From contig CAZELI010000001.1 of the NCBI GenBank assembly GCA_964512985.1, forward strand, positions 31,191 through 95,190: DNA of 64,000 nucleotides, written 5' to 3'. The translations under genes and the position numbers were made by a program. Below, piece after piece: positions 45,032 to 54,051 of this stretch. This DNA comes from an uncultured Gammaproteobacteria bacterium. Lineage in GTDB: Bacteria; Cyanobacteriota; Vampirovibrionia; LMEP-6097. The notes beneath the pieces were generated by a model. That model worked only from the letters and a program-made list of their open reading frames with translations, was not told the DNA's origin and searched no databases. Positions within the stretch are counted from its first letter, which is position 1, and each line of letters starts with the position of its first letter.

Positions 45032-45086
45032 AGCGGTCACCTGGATCTCTGACCATGGAGATATTTTGTTTAAAGGAGGGTCGAGA

Positions 45087-46613
45087 ATGTCACTGATAAT
45101 TTTTCTAATTCTCCTTTGGGTTGCATTCACAGTATTTAGCACTACAAATGAAAAAGATTTCAGTCATCTCAAAGGAAGCACCCTTTCAAATAAAGATCTA
45201 AATCAAAAACAAGTAATTTCTGGCAATGTAAGTGATATATCAAAACTAATGTTCACAATAACGATGTCTATAATGAACAATGCTTCAGAAGAGATTGGGG
45301 AAGAATTTAAGAATAAATCACCTAATATATACGGAACAGCAGCTTTTATAATTTATATAACTAATAATATTCTTACAAATAAAAACTTCAGCCATGCATT
45401 TATTGATATCGCCAATAGAACATTTCTTCAAGAGTATTTGAAAGAGTATATTGATGAGAACCACCTACAAGACATTTTAAATTTACCCGTGAAAATCAGA
45501 ACTGCTGTTCAAGAACTTGGCTCAAAGTTTGATATAAAAGAAGCTTCCGGTACTCTACGATATAGCAGTCTAATTTTAAATTATATATATGCATTAAACA
45601 TCTTAGATCTTATATTGAAACAAAATTTAATTAGTGGAGAGGGGAATAAATTACCTTCAGCTTGTACTAATCTTAAAGCTTATGCCTATATCACGTCTAT
45701 TCAACTAAATTTCGGGAATGACCTAAATCAAATCCTAGATTCAGATCGCTTCAAAAAATACTATTCAAATATATATTTTATTGAAAATAAAACAAATTCA
45801 AAAAGTAATATCAAATCAAAAGATAATGAAAAAAAATATATCCTTGATAAATCTGAAGATACACTTTACTTTGAGAGGACTGATGGATATTATATTCGAT
45901 ACGAAGATTATGCCACAGATGACATCTCTAATCATATACAAAACAATTATTCAACAAGTGCCATTAGAAATAATCTATCAAACAAGGTACAAATCAAATC
46001 ATGCTCTCGATGTAGAACTGAATATCCTGAAACCAAAGAATTTTTTAGACATAATCCTAAAGGGAGCTTCGAGTCTATATGCAGGATATGCATAGATAAA
46101 AAAACAAACTTACATGAAAGTAAAGATAGTAAAGCTCCTAAAAAAACCTCTAAATTAAAGAGTCTTCGCGAGTGCAAGCAATGCGGCACGCAATATCCAC
46201 TCACAAAAGAATATTTCGGATATACACCTAGTGGGAATTTTCGAGGGACTTGTGCAAAATGTTTAGGTGCAGCAGTTAAACGTCACTCTGAACAAAATCC
46301 TCATCTGGTTAAGGCTCGAGCAGAGAAGAGAAGGAAGTTGGTTCAAAATAGTGCAGATATAAAAGACTACGATGATCAAAGCCTTAAACTCTTTTTATAT
46401 CAGCAGTCAAAAACAACATGTTTTTATTGCCGCAAGACGATGGAGATAGGAAAGGCTACTCTGGATCACATGAATCCTCTTTCTAGAGGAGGACTTGATC
46501 TAAAAGAAAATATTGTTCTTGCCTGTGGCTTTTGCAATCGAGAAAAACACCATAAAACTGTTGAAGAGTATCGTATATGGTTAAGAGAGAGGAAACGGGA
46601 GGTACTATTTTAA
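45087..46613 (+). CDS. Membrane-anchored protein with two CxxC..CxxC zinc-ribbon modules and a C-terminal HNH nuclease domain
   Basis: Strong AGGAGG 8 nt before the ATG at 45087 (the track start 45000 overlaps rfbH). Has TM helix LIIFLILLWVAFTVF, repeats CSRC..CRIC and CKQC..CAKC, and HNH block CFYC..LDHMNPLSRGG..NIVLACGFCNREKHH. Confidence 0.7.
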   Translation: MSLIIFLILLWVAFTVFSTTNEKDFSHLKGSTLSNKDLNQKQVISGNVSDISKLMFTITMSIMNNASEEIGEEFKNKSPNIYGTAAFIIYITNNILTNKNFSHAFIDIANRTFLQEYLKEYIDENHLQDILNLPVKIRTAVQELGSKFDIKEASGTLRYSSLILNYIYALNILDLILKQNLISGEGNKLPSACTNLKAYAYITSIQLNFGNDLNQILDSDRFKKYYSNIYFIENKTNSKSNIKSKDNEKKYILDKSEDTLYFERTDGYYIRYEDYATDDISNHIQNNYSTSAIRNNLSNKVQIKSCSRCRTEYPETKEFFRHNPKGSFESICRICIDKKTNLHESKDSKAPKKTSKLKSLRECKQCGTQYPLTKEYFGYTPSGNFRGTCAKCLGAAVKRHSEQNPHLVKARAEKRRKLVQNSADIKDYDDQSLKLFLYQQSKTTCFYCRKTMEIGKATLDHMNPLSRGGLDLKENIVLACGFCNREKHHKTVEEYRIWLRERKREVLF

Positions 46614-46674
46614 CATATCTAAAATTAGTTAAGTATAGAATTTAAAGAGTGTAACTACTATTAATTCTCTCAAA

Positions 46675-47499
46675 CTATTTCGCATCAATCTTTTTCAAAC
46701 TCGGATTTGCTGTAAGTGACTTCATTTGAATAATAGCGATTTCATTTAATCTTCTTAGTCGCTCATTTTGTGATAATCCTTGTCTAATAAATTCTGCATT
46801 TATACTTTCTAGCCCAGCTAAACATACTAATTGAGTCACATTGGAATGATCACGAATATTTCCTTTCACATTAGGATTTTGTTCTCTCCATTGCTTGGCT
46901 GTGATTCCATAAAGAGCGACATTCAAAACATCTGCTTCGTCAGCATATATAAAACCTTCTTGTTTTTTTGGTATTCTAACAGGAATCAGATTATTTTTTA
47001 CTGCATCTGTGTGAACTCTATAATTAACCTTAACCAAAATTCTTTTGACATCCCATCCTAAATTTTTCCTCTCACTCTCTTCTTCTTTTAGTCTCTGAAA
47101 TTCTTTGATCAAATAAAGTTTAAATTCAGCAGAAACCCAAGAGGCAAATTCAAATGCTATATCTTTGTGAGCATAAGTGCCACCACCTTTACCTGTCTTG
47201 GAAATAATTCCGATAGCATTAGTTTTCTCAATCCACTTACTTGGAGATAGCACAAAAGCATTGCTACCAGCCTCGTTTCTAAGGGAGTCGAATTCGACCC
47301 CTTTAAATTTAATGTTATTGATCTTCTCCCATAATCCTAAAAATTCAATAGTAGTCTTAGACCTCATCCAGTTTTTTACAATATCCTTTGGTTCATCTGG
47401 ATTTTTATACCGAGCAATATCAGTCAAAGATATAAAATCATCATCTTCCCTCGAGAAGAAAGAGACTTTAGTATCTTTAATAATAAGTTCGGGTTTCAT
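46675..47499 (-). CDS. KilA-N domain protein
   Basis: N-terminal FISLTDIARYK...TYAHKDIAFEFASWVSAEFKLYLIKEFQRLK matches the KilA-N DNA-binding domain pattern as I recall it. Confidence 0.6.
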   Translation of the reverse strand: MKPELIIKDTKVSFFSREDDDFISLTDIARYKNPDEPKDIVKNWMRSKTTIEFLGLWEKINNIKFKGVEFDSLRNEAGSNAFVLSPSKWIEKTNAIGIISKTGKGGGTYAHKDIAFEFASWVSAEFKLYLIKEFQRLKEEESERKNLGWDVKRILVKVNYRVHTDAVKNNLIPVRIPKKQEGFIYADEADVLNVALYGITAKQWREQNPNVKGNIRDHSNVTQLVCLAGLESINAEFIRQGLSQNERLRRLNEIAIIQMKSLTANPSLKKIDAK

Positions 47500-47572
47500 A
47501 CTTATTGGAATGACTCTGATAATTATAATCCAGTTGACAAATTAATACTATATTAAAATTATGCTAATAAGA

Positions 47573-48883
47573 TTATTCATGAATTTTGCACGGCAAAATA
47601 TAGTCACGAGCAAGTATTTTAAGACCTTCTAAAGTTTCAATATCGTTGTCAATTAATCCTATTTCTTTATCGACAAAAGTTCTACTAAGCATTTCACGTA
47701 AAATCTTATTCTTCTGAATAATACCACCTGATAAAACTACTGTATTCCAGTCTTGTGCAGGATTAAGCTGGGTGCTTAAAATATAATAGTTATTTACCAT
47801 GGACTGGTAACTTGCTTTAAACAAATGACCTATGGTGAGATTACTTTCATTGATGTTTTGAATAGATCCATTTTGTCCGAGAGCAGACTTGAAAAACGAT
47901 AAATTAAGCTCTAGGTCTGTTTCTTGAATACTTTCTACACTTTGATTGATATAATTCCAGACTTCTTCAGAGGATTTATTATCATTTAGCTCATTAACTA
48001 GTTTGAACAATACATTAAGAGCTCTACCAGCAGGTATATGAGTAATTGTTTTTAAGAATTGTCCTCTAAAGAAAGGTCTTAGTTGATAATCACCATATTC
48101 TAAATTTGTACTCAGCATACTAACTTGCGATCCAGTGCCAATATTAATTGATAATTGTTTATCTTGGAGTCCGATACCTAAAAGTGCTGCTTGCTGGTCA
48201 CCAACAGCAACATAGCAAGGTATTTTTTGACCTTTCCAATTGAGCTCAGTGTATGCTTGATCAAGATCAGATAGCTTAGGCCAGTTTAGTTGCTCTAAGC
48301 CAAGCTTAGTAATAATAGTTTCATCCCAAGACATGGTCTCTAAGTTAAATCCACCAAAAGCTGCAGCATTGGTGGCATGTATTTTAGGTTCTGCTTGTGC
48401 TAAATTAGCTATCAAAAAATCAGCAATGGGTAGCGGATAAGATTTATTCGGTAATAAGTTGTTTTCCTTTAGCCAAAATAAATTAGTTAAAGCCATACCT
48501 GGTCTAAGTTCATTGCCAGTACGTTGAATCTCTTCCTTAGATAAATATGCTATCGCTGCATCGCTTCTGGTATCTTGCCAGGAAATGTAATTAGAGAGAG
48601 CTTGTCCCTGTAAGTCACATAGAATAAAACCTTGCATTTGCGTTGATAGTAGAATACCTGAATATTGAAACTCATCATTAATAAATTCATCAAGTAACTT
48701 GGTAAATATATTTAGAGCTTGTTTGGGACACACTTCTCTGAAATTCTGCCGAGAATTAATGAAATCAGGGAAGGGAACTTGTTTGACTTTAATTTTTTGC
48801 CAGGTCTTTGCGTCAACAGATGCTATTTTAAAGAAGCTGGCACCGACATCAATTAGCAAGAATATTGAACTTAGACTTTGCAT
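47573..48883 (-). CDS. FGGY-family carbohydrate kinase-like protein
   Basis: N-terminal LLIDVGASFFKIA (actin-like ATPase phosphate-1), VGDQQAALLGIG (the FGGY GDQQAAL signature) and a C-terminal LSGGIIQKN block. Confidence 0.65.
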   Translation of the reverse strand: MQSLSSIFLLIDVGASFFKIASVDAKTWQKIKVKQVPFPDFINSRQNFREVCPKQALNIFTKLLDEFINDEFQYSGILLSTQMQGFILCDLQGQALSNYISWQDTRSDAAIAYLSKEEIQRTGNELRPGMALTNLFWLKENNLLPNKSYPLPIADFLIANLAQAEPKIHATNAAAFGGFNLETMSWDETIITKLGLEQLNWPKLSDLDQAYTELNWKGQKIPCYVAVGDQQAALLGIGLQDKQLSINIGTGSQVSMLSTNLEYGDYQLRPFFRGQFLKTITHIPAGRALNVLFKLVNELNDNKSSEEVWNYINQSVESIQETDLELNLSFFKSALGQNGSIQNINESNLTIGHLFKASYQSMVNNYYILSTQLNPAQDWNTVVLSGGIIQKNKILREMLSRTFVDKEIGLIDNDIETLEGLKILARDYILPCKIHE

Positions 48884-49986
48884 TCTGTTTGAATAATATT
48901 GTATTGATCGAGATATTCGTCAATTGTTGTTTTTAATTTATCATCAAACTCACATGGAAGAATATCAAACTTCCCTGGATATTTTAAGAATACCAAATTA
49001 ATTTTTCCGTTCCTAACTTTTTTATCAGTTTTAGCAAATTCTATTAGCTCAGCTGCTGTGAGTTTTCGCTTCATTGAACAAGGGAAATTCTTCTTAATAA
49101 AATCATGTATCCGCAAGAAATCATCTCGCTTCAGAATTCCATATTCTACGGCAATATAATTCATTAAATCTATACCCCAAGCAACAGCAGTACCATGCGG
49201 TATCGCAAAATCACTCAGAGGCTCTAAAGCATGTCCAAAAGAATGTCCATAATTAAGTATCCTGCGATAATCTCCTTCGTATTCATCTGCTTCCACCACG
49301 GATCGTTTAAATTTCAAACTTAAATAAATTAACTCGAGTAAAGCAGGGCTTCTAAGTCCATCTTCATTTAGAACAGTTTCTAGTTTATTAAATAAGTCCC
49401 AGGACTCACTAAGAAAGTGTTTAAGAATCTCACCATATCCAGATCGTAGATGATCTTCAGGCAATGTTTGGAGAAAGTCTTGAGATATTAAAATCTCAGT
49501 TGGAGCATGGAAAACCCCTACTTGATTTTTATATTCATTAACATTAATGCCACATTTAGCTCCCATGCAACTATCACACATGGCAAGTAGAGTGGTAGGT
49601 ACAAAAACCCATTTAATACCTCTGAAATATATATGTGTAGTAAAAGCGGTAATGTCCTGAATAATACCGCCACCAATTGCTATCACTGTGGTACTTTTAG
49701 TGCAACGATGTTCTTGGAAAAAATCCAAAACAACTTTGATGTTTTCATAGCTTTTATTTTCTTCGGTAGCTTCCAAAATCAAAATAGCTTGAGTTTGAAT
49801 TTGATTAAATGAATCTTGATAAATCTTTGCAATACGCTTATCGATTAAAACTACTGTATCTGAAATGTTATTGATATTCTTGGTGATCTGTTCTATGTTC
49901 TTACAAAACTTGATTTCATAATCCCCTTGTCCAGATTTAACTAGTAAATTTTGCATACCAAGTTTATTATGTCCCAATCTCTTCAC
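48871..49986 (-). CDS. 3-dehydroquinate synthase family (sugar-phosphate cyclase superfamily) protein
   Basis: GGGIIQDITAFTTHIYFRGIKWVFVPTTLLAMCDSCMGAKCGIN and ILNYGHSFGHALE align with AroB blocks. The 3' end overlaps the kinase start by 13 bp. Confidence 0.7.
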   Translation of the reverse strand: MKRLGHNKLGMQNLLVKSGQGDYEIKFCKNIEQITKNINNISDTVVLIDKRIAKIYQDSFNQIQTQAILILEATEENKSYENIKVVLDFFQEHRCTKSTTVIAIGGGIIQDITAFTTHIYFRGIKWVFVPTTLLAMCDSCMGAKCGINVNEYKNQVGVFHAPTEILISQDFLQTLPEDHLRSGYGEILKHFLSESWDLFNKLETVLNEDGLRSPALLELIYLSLKFKRSVVEADEYEGDYRRILNYGHSFGHALEPLSDFAIPHGTAVAWGIDLMNYIAVEYGILKRDDFLRIHDFIKKNFPCSMKRKLTAAELIEFAKTDKKVRNGKINLVFLKYPGKFDILPCEFDDKLKTTIDEYLDQYNIIQTECKV

Positions 49987-50094
49987 TCTCGGCTACTGCA
50001 TGTGATCTAGAGTATATGGTCTAGAGTGCAATAATGAAAGTTATTCTGAATACTTTTGGGAATACAGTATCTGGCATGAGCCCTGGAGAAATTA

Positions 50095-51150
50095 ATGAGT
50101 ATTTTTGAAAATCTTTTTGTACTGGAATTAGCCAATAATCATTGGGGCAGCTTAGAAAGGGGGCTAAAGATAATCGATGACTATTCTAAGATAGTTAGAG
50201 ACAACGGTATTAGAGCAGCAATCAAACTGCAATTCAGAGATGTGGATACTTTTGTTCATGATTCATTCAAAGACAGGGCTGATATTCGCTATGTCAAAAA
50301 AACACTTGATACAAAAATGAGTGAAGAAAACTTTCTTGCAATGATCAGTAGGATTAAGCAAAACGGCTTGGTGCCGATGGCAACTCCGTTTGATGAAAAA
50401 TCTGTCGACCTATGTGTGAAACTAAATCTACCCATAATCAAAATAGCGAGTTCAGACATAAATGATATAGTTCTAGTCAAAAAAATTATAGAAACGCAAA
50501 AACCTAGCATAGTTTCTACTGGTGGCGCTTCACTTGAAGACATCGATAATATAGTCCAGCTTTTTAGTGATGCTGGTGTTCCACTTGCTGTCAATCACTG
50601 TGTTTCTCTGTATCCATCAGAAGATAATCAATTAGAACTAAATCAAATTGATTTGCTTCGTGAAAGATATCCTAAGAATGTAATTGGTTTCTCTACTCAT
50701 GAATATCATGATTGGACTTCATCAATCATGATGGCTTATGCTAAAGGTGCTAGAGTTTTTGAAAGACATATCGATATAGATTACCAAGGTGTTCCTGTGT
50801 CATCATATTGTTCGCTTCCAGAGCAAGCTGACCAGTGGTTTAAAGCGTTTAAGAAAGCTATTGAGATGTGTGGACGTTCTTCTCGCAAGCGAAGAAAAAT
50901 TTCTAGTGTTGAGGCTGAATATTTGACTAAGTTATTACGCGGTGCTTACGCTAAAAGAGATCTAGCTGCAGGTTATATATTAACCCCTGAGAATATGCTT
51001 GAAGATTTTCATTTAGCAATTCCACTACAGGATGGGCAACTTTCATGTAGAGAGGTTCACAAGGAATACCAGACGATATCTGCTGTTAAAGCAAATGAGC
51101 CAATAATGGTATCTCAACTCAGATCATTGGATAGAGTCAAAGTGCAATGA
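50095..51150 (+). CDS. NeuB/PseI-like PEP-condensing ulosonic-acid synthase with C-terminal SAF domain
   Basis: ELANNHWGS, ATPFD, KIASSD, STGGASLEDI, NHCVSLYP, GFSTHE and ERH are collinear with the sialic-acid-synthase family blocks. Confidence 0.75.
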   Translation: MSIFENLFVLELANNHWGSLERGLKIIDDYSKIVRDNGIRAAIKLQFRDVDTFVHDSFKDRADIRYVKKTLDTKMSEENFLAMISRIKQNGLVPMATPFDEKSVDLCVKLNLPIIKIASSDINDIVLVKKIIETQKPSIVSTGGASLEDIDNIVQLFSDAGVPLAVNHCVSLYPSEDNQLELNQIDLLRERYPKNVIGFSTHEYHDWTSSIMMAYAKGARVFERHIDIDYQGVPVSSYCSLPEQADQWFKAFKKAIEMCGRSSRKRRKISSVEAEYLTKLLRGAYAKRDLAAGYILTPENMLEDFHLAIPLQDGQLSCREVHKEYQTISAVKANEPIMVSQLRSLDRVKVQ

Positions 51151-53012
51151 GGCTTGCAGATTATGTAATGAAATTTTTGGCTGACTACGGAGTCCGCCAT
51201 ATCTTCATGGTGACTGGTGGGGGAGCCATGCATCTTAATGATGCTATAGGTAGGGAATCTAGAATCCAATATATTTGTAATCATCATGAACAAGCTTGTG
51301 CCATGGCAGCAGAAGCCTACGCTAGAGTAAGTAATAGTCTAAGCGTGATTAATGTTACTACTGGACCAGGAGGGATCAATGCTTTAAACGGTGTGTTTGG
51401 TGCATGGACAGATTCTCAGCCCATGCTTATTCTCTCAGGACAGGTGAAGCGTGAGACTTGTATGGGCTTCTATGATTTGCCAGGGTTGAGGCAATTAGGC
51501 GATCAAGAAGTAGATATCATCAGTATGGTTAAACCTATAACTAAGTATGCTGAATTAATTCGTAAACCAGAAGATATTCGTTACCATTTAGAGAAAGCTA
51601 TTCATCTTGCAACCACTGGTCGTATGGGACCTTGTTGGCTTGATATACCGATAGATATTCAATCAGCACGAATTGATGAGAATAGCCTTGTGGGCTATAT
51701 TCCAGAGCCAAATGAAATTGATTTACATACTCTCAAAAAACAATCTCTAGAATTAATTGATAGGATTAAAACTGCGAAGAGACCTGTGGTTCTTTTAGGC
51801 AGTGGTATAAGACTGGCTCAGGCTCAAGAACAATTAGAACAATTAAAAACTCTATTAAAAGTGCCAATGGTAACATCTTGGACTGGGATTGATCTGATCG
51901 CTTCTGATGATCCTCTATATTGTGGTCGCCAAGGTTCTGTGGGTAATAGAGCTGGCAATTTTACCGTTCAAAACGCTGATCTAGTGCTAGTTCTAGGCTC
52001 TAGATTAAATATTAGACAGGTAAGTTATAATTGGAAAAATTTTGCGAAAAATGCTTTTATCACTCAAATTGATGTGGATCAAGCTGAGCTAAACAAGCCT
52101 ACAGTTCAGGCTCACTTAAAAATCCATGCTGATTTAAAAGTTTTCTTGCAAATTTTCAATAGCTTAGTTACAGAAAAAATCAGCAAAGATTCCTGGTTAA
52201 GCTGGTGCAGGGAAAGAGTTGAAAGATATCCTGTAGTTCAAGATAGGCATGTAAACTCGGAGAAAATTAATCCTTATCACTTTATTCATGAGCTTTTTAA
52301 GCATTTTAATTCTAATGAAGTGATAGTATGTGCTGATGGTACTGCCTGCGTACTCCCTAATCAGGTAGCCATTATTAAACAAGGTCAGCGTCTCTTCACT
52401 AATTCTGGTGATGCTTCTATGGGCTATGAATTACCAGCTGCCATTGGCGCTGCATTCGCAAGACCTAGACAGAGAATCATTTGTATAGCAGGGGATGGTA
52501 GTATACAGATGAACTTACAAGAATTACAGACCATTATTCATCATCAACTTCCAATAAAGATTTTTATTATAAATAATTCTGGCTATCTTTCAATTAAACA
52601 AAGTCAGCAAAGTTTCTTTAATGCTGAATATACTGGTTGTACTCTAGATAGTGGTGTTTCTTTCCCTGACTTCACTAGGCTTGCAGAGGTCTATGGTTTT
52701 AAGAGTTTCAAATTAGTTGATAAGAGTTTTATAAATAATATAGAAGAGATTATAAATTATCCTGGACCTGTATTATGCGAGGTCATGGTTGATACAGAAC
52801 AAATTTTTGAGCCCAAATTAAGCTCAAGAGTGCTAGCAGATGGTACTATGCAATCAGCCAGCTTGGAAGATATGGCCCCATTTCTAGATTCAGAAGAATT
52901 AAAACAAAACATTATACCTACGTCATTAAATCCTAATCCTGATTCAAGCGAGAGAGAATTAAACAGTACTAAGGAGTTCAATCATCAAGCAGCAAAGCAA
53001 ATCAGTACTTGA
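51147..53012 (+). CDS. Thiamine-diphosphate-dependent enzyme, acetolactate-synthase-like
   Basis: N-terminal Pyr domain (GVRHIFMVTGGGAMHL, TTGPGGINAL). ThDP motif GDGSIQMNLQELQT...NN in the C-terminal domain. Start overlaps the NeuB-like stop by 4 bp. Confidence 0.85.
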   Translation: MRLADYVMKFLADYGVRHIFMVTGGGAMHLNDAIGRESRIQYICNHHEQACAMAAEAYARVSNSLSVINVTTGPGGINALNGVFGAWTDSQPMLILSGQVKRETCMGFYDLPGLRQLGDQEVDIISMVKPITKYAELIRKPEDIRYHLEKAIHLATTGRMGPCWLDIPIDIQSARIDENSLVGYIPEPNEIDLHTLKKQSLELIDRIKTAKRPVVLLGSGIRLAQAQEQLEQLKTLLKVPMVTSWTGIDLIASDDPLYCGRQGSVGNRAGNFTVQNADLVLVLGSRLNIRQVSYNWKNFAKNAFITQIDVDQAELNKPTVQAHLKIHADLKVFLQIFNSLVTEKISKDSWLSWCRERVERYPVVQDRHVNSEKINPYHFIHELFKHFNSNEVIVCADGTACVLPNQVAIIKQGQRLFTNSGDASMGYELPAAIGAAFARPRQRIICIAGDGSIQMNLQELQTIIHHQLPIKIFIINNSGYLSIKQSQQSFFNAEYTGCTLDSGVSFPDFTRLAEVYGFKSFKLVDKSFINNIEEIINYPGPVLCEVMVDTEQIFEPKLSSRVLADGTMQSASLEDMAPFLDSEELKQNIIPTSLNPNPDSSERELNSTKEFNHQAAKQIST

Positions 53013-53040
53013 TCAAGACAGTGAATTTATTATAAGTAAA

Positions 53041-54051
53041 TTGGCTGATCTTTTACCTTTGCTATCTGGTAAACGAATTTTTCTAACTGGAGCGACTGGA
53101 TTTTTTGGTAAGAATTTACTTCTGGCTATTAAAAAAATTAATTCTCTAATAGATGATCCTATTAGACTAGTAGCCTTGGCACGCAATCCAAATGGCTTTA
53201 TCGAGAGCTTCCCTTTACTTATAGATGAGAACTGTCAATTTTTACCAGGCGATATACTTAAGCCTATAGCGATTGCTAATGATTTTGATTATATAATTCA
53301 TACGGCATTGCCGAGTGCCAGTGAATTATTTAGTGAAGATCCTCAAATAATTTACAAAGCTATCTGTAATGGAACTCAGAATATCATTGATTTTGCAGCT
53401 AGTAATTCTAATTCTCGGGTTCTGTATACCAGTTCTGGAGCGGTATATGCTGCTATGCCTGAGGGTCAGCAAGGATTCTCTGAAGCTGATGCTTTAGTAG
53501 AAATTTATTCACTTAAAAATACTAATGATGCTTACAGCGCAGCTAAAGTTCAAACAGAAAAAATGCTCCAACAAGGCAATTTAGATTACATTATTACTAG
53601 ATGTTTTTCTTTCGTAGGACCATATTTACCTTTAGACGCTCATTTTGCTATAGGTAATTTTATGAATGATGTTCTACACAATAGAGATATAGTTATTAAG
53701 AGTGACGGCTCCGCGATGAGAAGCTATCTCTATACTGCTGATTTGGTTGTTTGGTTATTTACGATGCTACTTAAAGCTAATTCTGGAGAGGTTTATAACC
53801 TAGGGGCTGCAAGAGCATATAGTATACAGGAGGTAGCAGAAACTGTACTTAAGGTTTCAGGTTCTAAGTCTAAGCTGATTATTGAGGGAGTCCCAGATGG
53901 TTCCCCTCGTTCCCGCTACTATCCTTGTGTTGATAAGGCTAAACGAGATTTAGGATTAGAGGACTCGTATGATTTAGAGCTTGCAGTGAGAAGAATGATG
54001 GAGTGGAGTGATAATCAAAGAACGGCTTTATCTCCACCATATCTCGCGTAG
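53041..54051 (+). CDS. Extended-SDR NAD-dependent sugar epimerase/dehydratase/reductase
   Basis: LTGATGFFGKNL Rossmann motif and YSAAK (YxxxK). TTG start. Confidence 0.75.
   Translation: MADLLPLLSGKRIFLTGATGFFGKNLLLAIKKINSLIDDPIRLVALARNPNGFIESFPLLIDENCQFLPGDILKPIAIANDFDYIIHTALPSASELFSEDPQIIYKAICNGTQNIIDFAASNSNSRVLYTSSGAVYAAMPEGQQGFSEADALVEIYSLKNTNDAYSAAKVQTEKMLQQGNLDYIITRCFSFVGPYLPLDAHFAIGNFMNDVLHNRDIVIKSDGSAMRSYLYTADLVVWLFTMLLKANSGEVYNLGAARAYSIQEVAETVLKVSGSKSKLIIEGVPDGSPRSRYYPCVDKAKRDLGLEDSYDLELAVRRMMEWSDNQRTALSPPYLA

Noticed and set aside
45087-47499. Prophage
   Set aside because: HNH and KilA-N domains are phage-associated, but there are no integrase, capsid, terminase, tail or lysis genes and no att repeats. 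I treat it as an islet or remnant.
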